From NCBI GenBank assembly GCA_964625685.1, contig CAZVBO010000001.1, positions 153,570 to 217,569 of the forward strand: a DNA stretch of 64,000 bases, given 5' to 3'. The translations under genes were made by a program, and so were the position numbers. Position 1 is the stretch's first letter, and every line of letters begins with the position of its first letter. Under the pieces are notes generated by a model. That model did not search any database, was not told the origin of the DNA, and saw nothing but the letters and a program-made list of their open reading frames with translations. Source of the DNA: an uncultured Pseudomonadales bacterium (GTDB lineage: Bacteria > Patescibacteriota > Microgenomatia > UBA1400 > PJMF01). Positions 9,350 through 18,818 of the stretch are shown one piece after another.

Positions 9350-9982
9350 ATGAAAAACTTACCACTCCTCATAGGAACACTACTTGGTACCTTTGCTCTT
9401 ATATTTGGAGTTGTTTTTTTCTTCTCTAAAAGCAGTGAGGTTACGGCTGATCCAACTTTAGTTCAAGGAAATATGAACCATGTTAAAGGGAATCAAGACA
9501 GTAATATTGTCGTAGTGGAATTTAGTGATTTTCAGTGTCCGGCGTGTGCCGCAACTCAACCCTATATTGACCAAATTTACCAGGATTATCAAGATAAAAT
9601 TAAGTTTGTTTATCGTCATTTTCCCTTGCACAGTCTTCATCCAAATGCTCAGTTAGCTGCCCAAGCAGCTGAAGTGGCAGCTGAGGAAGGTAAGTTTTGG
9701 GAATACCATGATTTGCTTTTTGCCAATCAGAGTGATTGGGAGAATTTGAGTGGAGATGAACTGTTAGAAAAGTTTTCAGCATATGCACAGCAATTACAGA
9801 TTGACAAAACTCTATTCTCAGAGAGAATAGAATCAGACCAGATCAAGCAACGAGTCCAAAGCGATGAGCAAGCGGCTTTACAACTTGGTCTGAATAGTAC
9901 GCCAACATTTTTTGTAAATGATCGTAAAGTACCTGCCCCAGAAATACGGTCTACTATAGACTCGCTTTTGACAAATGAATAA
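9350..9982 (+). CDS. DsbA/BdbD-like thiol:disulfide oxidoreductase, membrane anchored
   Basis: An N-terminal TM segment and the CPAC active site in FSDFQCPACAATQP. Confidence 0.75.
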   Translation: MKNLPLLIGTLLGTFALIFGVVFFFSKSSEVTADPTLVQGNMNHVKGNQDSNIVVVEFSDFQCPACAATQPYIDQIYQDYQDKIKFVYRHFPLHSLHPNAQLAAQAAEVAAEEGKFWEYHDLLFANQSDWENLSGDELLEKFSAYAQQLQIDKTLFSERIESDQIKQRVQSDEQAALQLGLNSTPTFFVNDRKVPAPEIRSTIDSLLTNE

Positions 9983-9985
9983 AAG

Positions 9986-10510
9986 TTGAAAAGGGGCACC
10001 ATGAAAAAATTTATTCCATTTATTTTCCCGGCAGCAGCCATCTTAATCATCTTGATTCTGGCTTTCCGCTGGTACAGCATGAGGACGAGCCAAACGGAGA
10101 CTCCGGCTCCTTTTGCAGAAGGAGTGGAGATTGAGAACTTGACTGACACAGAAGAAAATGAAGTAGCTCGAGGAGTAGGTGACTACAAATCAGTTGAAAT
10201 GAGTAATAGTAGTGAGAATGAGACCGATTTAGGCACCATTCGCTATGAAATTAAGGATGGTAAAGTTCGCTTGTCAGTTTTGGCAACTTTGCCCGAATTA
10301 ACCGATGGCGGAGTCTATCAGGTTTGGTTTAAAGAAGTCAATGGAGAAGCCATTCGTAAGGCTTTCACTTTAGAGATGAGTAAGGGCGGCTATATCGGTA
10401 GCGCTTCTATTTCCAGTGAAGTTTTACCTTTCGAAGTCATTGTTAGCAAAGAGATGACTCAAGATGATACTTTAGAGGAAACTGTATTAAGTGGGACAGT
10501 TTCAGAATAA
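9986..10510 (+). CDS. Hypothetical membrane-anchored protein
   Basis: A 174-aa ORF with an N-terminal TM helix and no recognisable family. Confidence 0.4.
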   Translation: MKRGTMKKFIPFIFPAAAILIILILAFRWYSMRTSQTETPAPFAEGVEIENLTDTEENEVARGVGDYKSVEMSNSSENETDLGTIRYEIKDGKVRLSVLATLPELTDGGVYQVWFKEVNGEAIRKAFTLEMSKGGYIGSASISSEVLPFEVIVSKEMTQDDTLEETVLSGTVSE

Positions 10511-10655
10511 ACCATTTTTCTCAAGGAGTAAGAATTACTCCTTGAAGCGGTAGCCAAGTATGGTAGGCTTAAAGGCAAGCACATTTAAAAAGTGCCCAGT
10601 AAATAGTAACAATTTCATCTCTTCCTCAGGAGGTTGAGAGAAAAAAGGAGAATGT

Positions 10656-10880
10656 ATGGCAAATGCTAGCGCATACAGTTATACCAATAAGAAAGGTCAA
10701 ACCTACTACCTTCACACTCGAGAAGTGACCTTAAAGAATGGTCGTGTACAACGAATTTACTTTTTCGCCCGAGACATTCGTGAAGGTTCTTTAGATGCTG
10801 TGCCTGCTGGTTATGTAGTCGTTGAAACCAAGCGAACTGGTATGCCTGTTTTGAAAAAAGAAGCTCCCAAAGCTAACTAA
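10656..10880 (+). CDS. Hypothetical small protein
   Basis: A 74-aa ORF with an upstream RBS (AGGAG) and a strong terminator immediately after it. Confidence 0.4.
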   Translation: MANASAYSYTNKKGQTYYLHTREVTLKNGRVQRIYFFARDIREGSLDAVPAGYVVVETKRTGMPVLKKEAPKAN

Positions 10881-10902
10881 TTTTTCTTAAGTTAAAATAG
10901 AA

Positions 10903-10930
10903 TTCCCCCGAGTCAAACTCGGGGGGTTTT
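10903..10930 (+). terminator. Rho-independent terminator
   Basis: CCCCCGAGTCAAACTCGGGGGG followed by TTTTT. Confidence 0.65.
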
Positions 10931-10969
10931 TGTACTACGAATTCAAGGGGAACTCGGTACAATAAGATC

Positions 10970-11290
10970 ATGGACACAGAATTAGCGCACCAAGTTAGAC
11001 AAAATTTAAAGCAAGTCATTGATCCAGAATTGAATATTGATATTGTTAGTTTGGGGTTGGTCTATGATGTCCAAGTAGTGACCGAGCCTAAACTAGATAT
11101 CTATATTACCTTAACCCTAACGACCCCAGGTTGCCCTTTAGCTGGAGTTTTTGATACGATGATTACTGATGCTTTACAAACTATTCCAGGGATTGATGCG
11201 GAAAATGATATCCATCTACAGCTGACTTTTGACCCTCCCTGGGTACCTGATATGATGAGCGAAGAAGCAAAAGCAGAATTAGGTATGTAA
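10970..11290 (+). CDS. DUF59 / SufT-like Fe-S assembly protein
   Basis: A 106-aa MIP18/DUF59 fold protein with the TLTTPGCP motif. Confidence 0.7.
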   Translation: MDTELAHQVRQNLKQVIDPELNIDIVSLGLVYDVQVVTEPKLDIYITLTLTTPGCPLAGVFDTMITDALQTIPGIDAENDIHLQLTFDPPWVPDMMSEEAKAELGM

Positions 11291-11304
11291 AAGAGGAATA
11301 TGCT

Positions 11305-11748
11305 ATGACTCTTTATTTAGGGAGCGATCATGGGGGGTTTGTTGCTAAGGAATCACTGAAAATGTGGCTTGAGCAGCAGGGATATCAAGTTACTGATTGT
11401 GGGGCTTATCAATTGGATCGAAGTGATGACTATCCTGATTTTGCTTTTAAAGTAGCTCAGTCAGTCGCCCAAGATCAAACAGCTTATGGTATTTTAATTT
11501 GCCGATCAGGTGGGGGAATGGCCATTACAGCCAATAGGATCTCAGGAATCAGGGCCATTGAAGGATATAGTGAAAATAGTGTCCAACACGGTCGCCAAGA
11601 TAATAATGCGAATGTTTTAACCTTAGCTGGTGACTGGTTATCACTCGACCAAATGCAGCAGATGATTACTCTTTTTATAAAAACTCCTTTCTCGGAAGAG
11701 GAAAGGCATCAGCGACGGATTCAGAAAATTGAAAGCTATACTTTATGA
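11305..11748 (+). CDS. rpiB: Ribose-5-phosphate isomerase B
   Basis: GSDHGGF ... ILICRSGGGMAITANR, the RpiB/LacAB family signature. Confidence 0.85.
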   Translation: MTLYLGSDHGGFVAKESLKMWLEQQGYQVTDCGAYQLDRSDDYPDFAFKVAQSVAQDQTAYGILICRSGGGMAITANRISGIRAIEGYSENSVQHGRQDNNANVLTLAGDWLSLDQMQQMITLFIKTPFSEEERHQRRIQKIESYTL

Positions 11749-12434
11749 AAATTTATCCTAGTATTTTGACCGATTCCATGACAACTTTGACCAATCAGGT
11801 TGAAGCAGTCAAGAATGTACCACATATTTCGACTATTCAAATTGATGTGATTGATGGTTATTTTGCTGATAATTTGACGATTACTCCCTCTGATCTTTAT
11901 GAAGTAGATTTTGGAGAGTTAACCATCGATTTTCACCTGATGACGGAAGAGCCTCTTGATTTTGTCTATGAGTTTTTAGAACCTAAAGAGGAATTGCCAG
12001 TTCGAGCAGTAATTGCTCAAGTGGAAAAAATGAGTCATCAACTCCCTTTTGTAGAAGAAGTGAAAAGCCATCAATGGAAAGTAGGATTTTCGTTGGATTT
12101 ATTTACGCCACTGTCGGCAATTGATCAAGTGTTATGGTCGCAACTTGATATTATTCAACTGATGGCTGTTGAGGCTGGACATCAGGATCAAGCTTTTAAG
12201 AATCAAGTTATTGAAAAAGTTACTCAGCTGAATCAATCTGGACGAGTATCAGATACTACTGAAGTGATTGTAGATGGTGGAGTTAACCTTAAGACAGTGC
12301 ATGATTTAGTAACTGCTGGAGTGTCCAGTATCGCGGTGGGTTCACAACTCTGGAATTCCACCGATTTAAGTGAAACTGTTGAACAATTAATGAATGCTGA
12401 AAAGCCGGAAACTGCCCATGAAGACACAGATTAG
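11745..12434 (+). CDS. rpe: Ribulose-phosphate 3-epimerase
   Basis: The N-terminus IYPSILTDSMTTL (the ...PSILSAD... motif) and a TIM-barrel layout of about 229 aa. Confidence 0.75.
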   Translation: MKIYPSILTDSMTTLTNQVEAVKNVPHISTIQIDVIDGYFADNLTITPSDLYEVDFGELTIDFHLMTEEPLDFVYEFLEPKEELPVRAVIAQVEKMSHQLPFVEEVKSHQWKVGFSLDLFTPLSAIDQVLWSQLDIIQLMAVEAGHQDQAFKNQVIEKVTQLNQSGRVSDTTEVIVDGGVNLKTVHDLVTAGVSSIAVGSQLWNSTDLSETVEQLMNAEKPETAHEDTD

Positions 12435-13038
12435 AGTCCCCCAAACCAAACGAACTTGTACTATTAAAAATGTAGCTATGTTTGGGAGTGCTGATATTGA
12501 CGAATTACATCCTCTCTATCAGGAAGCTTTCAAAATTGCCCGTTATTTGGCCTATCATGGCAAAGTGATTGTTAATGGTGGAGGTCCAGGAGTAATGGAT
12601 GCTTCGACTAAAGGAGCTCAAGCTGGTGGGGGAAAAACCATTGGAGTGACTTTTTATCCGAAAGATATGCCTGAATTTGAAGGTCGTTTCAATGACAATA
12701 AGGTAGATAAAGAGATCAAAACGGCCAACTATATTGAGCGGATGTTTGGGTTGATGGATCACGCAGATATTTTTGTTTGTTTTCAAGGGGGAACAGGAAC
12801 TTTGAGTGAGTGGACCACTGCTTGGTTGTTGGCTCATCTCTATTATGGAAATCATAAACCACTGATTTTATACGGTGGGTTTTGGCACAAGGTGATGGAT
12901 GTCATCATTGAGAACTTTTTTATTGGAGAAAAAGAACAAACTGTGTATCGAATTGCCGAAAATGAAGAAGAATTAATTGCGGCAATGAATGCATTTGAAG
13001 AGGAGTTGGAGCAACGATGCCAACTGCCTCGGGAATAG
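12418..13038 (+). CDS. LOG-family protein (cytokinin riboside 5'-monophosphate phosphoribohydrolase-like)
   Basis: GGGPGVMDA and FQGGTGTLSEW, the LOG/TIGR00730 motifs. The start is uncertain (12418 or 12478). Confidence 0.7.
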   Translation: MKTQIRVPQTKRTCTIKNVAMFGSADIDELHPLYQEAFKIARYLAYHGKVIVNGGGPGVMDASTKGAQAGGGKTIGVTFYPKDMPEFEGRFNDNKVDKEIKTANYIERMFGLMDHADIFVCFQGGTGTLSEWTTAWLLAHLYYGNHKPLILYGGFWHKVMDVIIENFFIGEKEQTVYRIAENEEELIAAMNAFEEELEQRCQLPRE

Positions 13039-13039
13039 T

Positions 13040-13954
13040 ATGCAAAAAGTTATTACTATTGGTTCTTCACTAGTTGATATCTTTGTCAAATCTGATGATT
13101 TCCAACTTCAGAAAACAGACAAGGGGGTAATGCTGTGTCAACAATATGGGGATAAGGTAGAATTGGATAGTTTTGATGTTTTTTCCGGAGGAGGAGCCAG
13201 TAATACAGCGGTAGGTTTTAAAAGAATGGGCTTTGATGCCTCTGTGATCAGTGAAACTGGGCGAGATATGTGGGCACAGTTTGTGATCAATGATTTTACC
13301 AAAGAACGAGTCAACGTTAATTTAATTATCCGCGAAAAAAAAGAAATCACTGGCGGTTCTGTAATTTTATTAGGAAAAGATGGGGGCCGAACCGTGATGG
13401 TACATCGAGGAGCTTCTTCGATGTTAGATCCTCATGATGTTCCAGTGGATCAGTTAAAAGAAGTAGATTGGGTTCATCTCACTAACACAGATGGTCAACT
13501 TAAGACGTTGTCACTTATTTTCCAAACGGTGGCAGAAGGTTCTGTGGGTTTATCCTGGAATCCAGGGAAAAAAGATATTAAACTATTAGTCGAAAATAAA
13601 TTAGCCATTCCTGAAAATGCTGTCGAAATTTTTCTGGTCAATCGAGAAGAATGGCAAATGTTGGAACCAAAGCAGGACGAGTTGTTCAATAAAATGAGAG
13701 TCATTGTGATCACCCACTCTCGGTTGGGTGGCCAAGTTTTTAAAGAAAAGAGTTTAGTAGTGGAGTATGACGTGGATGAAGTCAAAGCTATTGACGAAAC
13801 GGGAGCTGGAGATGCTTTTGGGGTAGGTTTTATTGCAGCCTATCTAAAAAACAAAGATCTTGAAGAGTGTTGTGAATGGGGAAAGAAAAATTCAGCCAGT
13901 GTCGTTCAACACTTAGGAGCCAAGGCGGGGCTATTATATAAAGAGAATCTCTAG
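13040..13954 (+). CDS. PfkB-family carbohydrate kinase (ribokinase-like)
   Basis: GGGASNTAVG (the N-terminal GG motif) and DETGAGDAFGVGF (the C-terminal ATP motif). Confidence 0.8.
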   Translation: MQKVITIGSSLVDIFVKSDDFQLQKTDKGVMLCQQYGDKVELDSFDVFSGGGASNTAVGFKRMGFDASVISETGRDMWAQFVINDFTKERVNVNLIIREKKEITGGSVILLGKDGGRTVMVHRGASSMLDPHDVPVDQLKEVDWVHLTNTDGQLKTLSLIFQTVAEGSVGLSWNPGKKDIKLLVENKLAIPENAVEIFLVNREEWQMLEPKQDELFNKMRVIVITHSRLGGQVFKEKSLVVEYDVDEVKAIDETGAGDAFGVGFIAAYLKNKDLEECCEWGKKNSASVVQHLGAKAGLLYKENL

Positions 13955-14063
13955 GGAGATAAAGGCTTAAAGGGTAAAGCCAGTAATCCCCTTTTCTAAA
14001 AGGGGCATCAAACGAGTGAAACGAACCTGATGGGGTATTCAATAAGTCACTTAAACACCTCTA

Positions 14064-14122
14064 TCTGGCTTTCCTGCCTGCGCAGGCAGGCGCCAGATGT
14101 CTCCTCTTTAATAAGAGGAGAT
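14064..14122. terminator. Twin palindromes between convergent genes; the first contains the CCTGCCTGCGCAGGCAGG unit
   Basis: ATCTGGCTTTCCTGCCTGCGCAGGCAGGCGCCAGAT followed by TCTCCTCTTTAATAAGAGGAGA. They lie between the 3' ends of the PfkB kinase (+) and the Lon-like ATPase (-). Confidence 0.5.
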
Positions 14123-14149
14123 TGCAAAAAATTTGAAATTTTTTGACAA

Positions 14150-15277
14150 TTAATACTGTGGCAAAAAGATTTTAGAATTTTCGGGCGTAATTACTACCTC
14201 TGGGTAACCCTTTTCAACGATAATTCGCGCTGCTTTTCGAACTGCTGTTTGCAAGGTTCGTTGTAGGGTACGAATTCCAGCATCATAGCCTAAAGGACGA
14301 GTAATTTGAGGCCAGAGAGTAGAATCAATCACAAATTGTTCTGGTTTTAAACCAGCTTCTTTGAGGAGCTTGGGTAAAATATACTTTTGAGCAATGGTAA
14401 TTTTTTCTTGATCAGTATAGGAAGGCATGGAAATTTTTTCCATACGGTCCATCACAGCCGTTACAATGTTGGTGGTATTGTTAGCAGTAGCTAAGAAAAT
14501 GGCGTGAGATAAGTCCACTGGATAGTCAATATAGGTATCTCGAAAGGCATGATTCTGAGCTGGATCAAGCAATTCGACTAGAACTCCCATGATATCCATT
14601 CTGGCTTCATCGCTGACCCGGTCTATTTCATCAAGTAAAATTACTGGATTTCGGACCCCAGCTTCACACAAACCCTTAATGACTCGACCCGGTTCAGCCC
14701 CTAATAAGAGGCGAGATTGACCTCTCAATTCATGGGCAGAGCCCATCCCTCCAAAAGGAATTCGGATAATCTTTCGACCAAGTGCTTCTGCTAAGGAGAA
14801 TGCAAAGGTGGTTTTTCCTGTTCCAACTAAACCCACTAGTAGTAGAATTGGGGCTCGAAACTCACCACTTTCACTTTGGGACTGTTTTAACTTCAGCACA
14901 GAAATGTATTCAAGAAATCGATCTTTGACTTCCTGCATCCCAAAATGGTTGGCATCAAAAACTTGCTTGGCTTTAGTAATATCGAGTTCGTCTGTGGTCT
15001 CTGCTTCCCAGGGAAATTTGAGAACCCATTCAATATATCGAGATACTTTTTCGTACTTCTCATCATAGTTTCCCAATTCAGCTGATCTTTCGAGAGCTAC
15101 AATGTCTCGTTGAGCTTTGAGTCTCATCTCTGGTGGAATATGAGCTCGAGCCAATTGATCACGTAAATCGGCAATTTCAGAAGCGAGAATTTTTTTATAG
15201 TTAGTAGAGCTGGTAGGCATATTAGATGCTTCTATCATACCTGAGGAGGGGTTAAAATTCCAAGTTCCAAATACCAA
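14150..15277 (-). CDS. Lon-like AAA+ ATPase without S16 protease domain
   Basis: Walker A GLVGTGKTT, Walker B ILLDEIDR, and Lon-type sensor and lid motifs (DRMEKISMPSYTDQEKITIAQKY, GIRTLQRTLQ). The ORF terminates right after the AAA lid. No protease S16 Ser-Lys dyad region is encoded. Confidence 0.7.
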   Translation of the reverse strand: MVFGTWNFNPSSGMIEASNMPTSSTNYKKILASEIADLRDQLARAHIPPEMRLKAQRDIVALERSAELGNYDEKYEKVSRYIEWVLKFPWEAETTDELDITKAKQVFDANHFGMQEVKDRFLEYISVLKLKQSQSESGEFRAPILLLVGLVGTGKTTFAFSLAEALGRKIIRIPFGGMGSAHELRGQSRLLLGAEPGRVIKGLCEAGVRNPVILLDEIDRVSDEARMDIMGVLVELLDPAQNHAFRDTYIDYPVDLSHAIFLATANNTTNIVTAVMDRMEKISMPSYTDQEKITIAQKYILPKLLKEAGLKPEQFVIDSTLWPQITRPLGYDAGIRTLQRTLQTAVRKAARIIVEKGYPEVVITPENSKIFLPQY

Positions 15278-15370
15278 ATCCAGGTTCAGGATGACGTCCT
15301 TTATTGAAGCCTGTAAGTTTGGAATTTATATTTCTCTTCTCTCTAGTATATAATGGGGTTGTGTTTGATC

Positions 15371-16030
15371 ATGTCTGAAATAGCTATGGCGAAAAATGAA
15401 AAGAAATTAGCTGAACTGAAGCAACTCCATCAAGAATTGGAAAAGCTTGCTGCTGCCAAAAAGTTGCCTTTAGCCCAGCAAGCAACTGACATTGTTCCAG
15501 GAGAAGGAAACAGTAATGCAGAGGTAATGCTGATTGGTGAAGCTCCGGGATACTATGAATCAGTCCAGCGTAGACCTTTTGTGGGGCGATCGGGGCAACT
15601 ACTACGACAAACCCTCAATGAAGTGGGTTTACCAGAATCAGAAGTATATATTTCTAATATTGTCAAAATTCGACCACCAGAAAATCGAGATCCAGTTCCC
15701 AAAGAGATTAATGGCTTTAGACCATTTCTAGACCAGGAAATTGAGATTATCAATCCGACTTTGATGGTGACACTGGGTCGGTATAGTATGGCTAAGTTTT
15801 TACCGGATGTGAAAATTTCCCAAGTTCATGGACGGCTGCACAAGGTAAAATGGAAAAACCAAAATTTATTTGTTTTACCTATGTATCATCCGGCTGCAGC
15901 TTTACGAAGCACTCAAGTCAAAAATCAGTTTTTGGCAGATTTTGCTAAAATTCAAAAAATAGTTAAGTGGATTGAAGGGCAAGAGGATATACTGAAGCTT
16001 GAGGATCAAGTGAAGGAGGCTTTGTTGTGA
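15371..16030 (+). CDS. Uracil-DNA glycosylase, family 4
   Basis: GEAPGYYESVQRRPFVGRSGQLL is the family-4 UDG motif (GEAPG...F.G.AG.LL). TATAAT at about 15346 is just upstream. The start is uncertain (15371 or 15386). Confidence 0.75.
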   Translation: MSEIAMAKNEKKLAELKQLHQELEKLAAAKKLPLAQQATDIVPGEGNSNAEVMLIGEAPGYYESVQRRPFVGRSGQLLRQTLNEVGLPESEVYISNIVKIRPPENRDPVPKEINGFRPFLDQEIEIINPTLMVTLGRYSMAKFLPDVKISQVHGRLHKVKWKNQNLFVLPMYHPAAALRSTQVKNQFLADFAKIQKIVKWIEGQEDILKLEDQVKEALL

Positions 16031-16833
16031 TTATTGCGATTTTTGTGATTCCTATCTTAGCCATCATTAGTGCTGTTCTCCTGTTTAAGTTTAATGGCAA
16101 ACGGTCCATTCTTAAGTTTGACTTTGTCCAATTTATTTATGCTTTTGTTATTACTCCCATTTTATTCGTGTGGTTAAAGTATTTTCTGTTCTATATCCTC
16201 AAACAGGAGTTATCCTTGAGATTATCACTCAATGAGTTATTTCTAGCTGACACGATTTTAAGTGTAATTCTCTTATATGTTTCTTTCTTTATTGTGATTC
16301 ACTCTTTAACGAAAACCTTTAATTTAAATCGACAGAATGATCCACTATACGATATGGTGGCTCATTCTGAATATTTGCATCTTAATTTGTCACACCTGGC
16401 GATCTATGCGGGAAGTATGTTTGTAGCTACTTTACTTTCCCTGTCCAACTTGGCGGTTCCCTTGGCGATTGAAAACACAAGAAATAGTTTTTATGCCATT
16501 TTTGGATTTGGATTATTGGGAGGGATAGCGAGTTTTATGGGAATTTGGAAATATGATTCTCCTGATCCCAATTTTATGAGAATTATGAAGTTGCTGCTGG
16601 CATTTTTCTTTTTGATTCATGCTGTGGCATATTTTTGGTTTGATCCAGGATTTAATACCAGCTATATTTTGTTTTGGTTTGTTTTTGCTCTCTATATGGC
16701 TACTATGTTTATGTCACTCTTTGCCGAACGACCAGAAAAGAAAATGAAAATTTTTCGGCGGATGCCATTCCAAATCAACCCCATGAAACCAAAATATTAT
16801 TTAGCAATTTTAAAAAGAATTATTTATAAATAG
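16027..16833 (+). CDS. Hypothetical polytopic membrane protein
   Basis: A 268-aa ORF with about 7 predicted TM helices, translationally coupled to the UDG gene. Confidence 0.5.
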   Translation: MIIAIFVIPILAIISAVLLFKFNGKRSILKFDFVQFIYAFVITPILFVWLKYFLFYILKQELSLRLSLNELFLADTILSVILLYVSFFIVIHSLTKTFNLNRQNDPLYDMVAHSEYLHLNLSHLAIYAGSMFVATLLSLSNLAVPLAIENTRNSFYAIFGFGLLGGIASFMGIWKYDSPDPNFMRIMKLLLAFFFLIHAVAYFWFDPGFNTSYILFWFVFALYMATMFMSLFAERPEKKMKIFRRMPFQINPMKPKYYLAILKRIIYK

Positions 16834-16841
16834 GAGTTTTT

Positions 16842-18512
16842 ATGTCTCAGTTACGATTGTTACCTTTGGGAGGTATGGGTAAGGTTACCCAAAATATGTA
16901 TGCCTATGAATATGAAAATGAAATTTTGTTATTTGACTGTGGGATTGGTTTCCCCGATGTTCAAATGCTCGGAGTCGATGTTTTGATCCCTGATATTAGT
17001 TATCTCCTTAAAAAGCTTGACTCAGGATCCAAGATTGTGGGGATGGTGTTGTCACATGGTCATGATGATCATATTGCCGCTACACCCTATCTTTTGCCAA
17101 GTCTACCAGAATTTCCCATTTATGCATCTCCCCTCACGGCCGGTTTTGCCCGAAATCGAATGGCAGAGAGTGAAGCCGCTGGTCGAGAAATTATCGTCTT
17201 AAAAGACAAACAACCAGTCAAGATTAGCAGTTTTTTTGAAATAGAGTCATTTGCCGTGACTCATTCTGTACCTGATACCAAACATTTTGCTATTAGAACT
17301 CCGGAAGGAGTAATTTATCATGGGACTGATTTTAAACTTGATCCCAATCCGGTAGATGGAGTGGTAACTGACGTCGAACACATTGCTCAAATTGGTAAAG
17401 AAGGGGTTCGATTGATGTTGATGGATTGTTTGCGAGTAGAAAGAAATGAATGGGTCAAATCAGAATCGACTGTCGGTCCGGTCATTGAGAAGGAAATGAT
17501 GAGTACCCAGGGGAAGTTTGTCATTACCTTAATGAGTTCCCATATTCATCGAATTCAACAAGTAATCAATGCGGCCGTAGAAGAAAAGAGAAAAGTGGTT
17601 TTTATTGGTCGCTCTGTTGAACAAAATGTGGAGGTAGCTCTAGAATTAAATAAACTTCACATTCCAGATGGAGTCATGGTCAATAAGAAACATATTGAAG
17701 ATTATCCTGATCATGAGCTCTGTATTGTGATTGCTGGAAGTCAGGGACAAGAAGGATCTTCGTTGGTTCGCGCTATTTATGGCGAACATCCAGTGATTAC
17801 CATTAAACAGCATGACAAGGTTGTTTTTTCGGCTGATGCTATTCCTGGGAATGAAATTCCTTACTACTCATCAATTGATGAATTAGCTCGTAATGGAGTA
17901 GAGGTAATTTACCCTGATATTTCACCTGATATTCATCAGTCAGGACATGCTAGTGCTCCAGAACAACAGGAATTATTACGGTTAGTACAACCCCAGTATG
18001 TGATGCCTATTGGCGGAGCAGACCGACACCGGGTTTTATTTAAACACGGGGTGGCGGAAGAAGTTGGTTTAAGTTCTGACCAAGTTTTACTACCAGAACA
18101 AGGTGAAGTTATTGGTTTAACCAAAGATAGCCGGCCTCAAGTGGTCGAAAAAGTAAGTTTGAAAGCCTTGAATGTAGATGGACTAGGGATCGGAGATGTA
18201 GGTCCAGTAGTGTTGTCTGATCGGAAGACTTTAAGTAATTCCGGAATTATTGTGCTGATTATTCCTCGAACTAAAGGACAACTTGATTTAGCCAATCTGG
18301 CTGTAATCTCACGAGGCTTCGTCTTTATGAAAGAGGCAGACGAGGTGGTAAAGTATATCAAAGATCAGACAGTCCAAATTATCAATGACTTAGGTGCAAA
18401 AGCCAAGGATGATGACATTAAAAGGGCTTTGGAAAAACGTTTAGGAAAGCGTATTCATAAGGTTATTCAACGTGAACCAATTATTTTACCTGTGATTTTG
18501 AGTACTCAATAA
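16842..18512 (+). CDS. rnj: Ribonuclease J
   Basis: Metallo-beta-lactamase HGHDDH motif, a beta-CASP region and an RNase J C-terminal domain, 556 aa. Confidence 0.9.
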   Translation: MSQLRLLPLGGMGKVTQNMYAYEYENEILLFDCGIGFPDVQMLGVDVLIPDISYLLKKLDSGSKIVGMVLSHGHDDHIAATPYLLPSLPEFPIYASPLTAGFARNRMAESEAAGREIIVLKDKQPVKISSFFEIESFAVTHSVPDTKHFAIRTPEGVIYHGTDFKLDPNPVDGVVTDVEHIAQIGKEGVRLMLMDCLRVERNEWVKSESTVGPVIEKEMMSTQGKFVITLMSSHIHRIQQVINAAVEEKRKVVFIGRSVEQNVEVALELNKLHIPDGVMVNKKHIEDYPDHELCIVIAGSQGQEGSSLVRAIYGEHPVITIKQHDKVVFSADAIPGNEIPYYSSIDELARNGVEVIYPDISPDIHQSGHASAPEQQELLRLVQPQYVMPIGGADRHRVLFKHGVAEEVGLSSDQVLLPEQGEVIGLTKDSRPQVVEKVSLKALNVDGLGIGDVGPVVLSDRKTLSNSGIIVLIIPRTKGQLDLANLAVISRGFVFMKEADEVVKYIKDQTVQIINDLGAKAKDDDIKRALEKRLGKRIHKVIQREPIILPVILSTQ

Positions 18513-18818
18513 AACTGCCTCTTGCGACCTGAGCAGAATCATGATAGAAATATCCTATAATAATTTATTATAGTGCTTATTCTTGAAGAAAGTTGACTTG
18601 AATAAAAAAGTTGATATTTGGACTTCGGGCCGAAACCATTTACAATAGGCATGTAGCAAAATAAAGAAAATGTTTACTTATGTCATCTTTTAGCCATTTT
18701 AGATATTTGTTTCTTTCTCATTTAGCATGGCTAAAATCGTCATCGAAAATACCTAAAATGTCTCAAAATCTGATCATAATTAATACATTTTTTATTTCAC
18801 TACAAGCCTAAAGAGCCT

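Noticed and set aside
15534-15753. ORFs 15534..15731 (+) and 15553..15753 (-) inside the UDG gene
   Set aside because: They are alternative-frame or antisense ORFs within the conserved family-4 UDG coding region.
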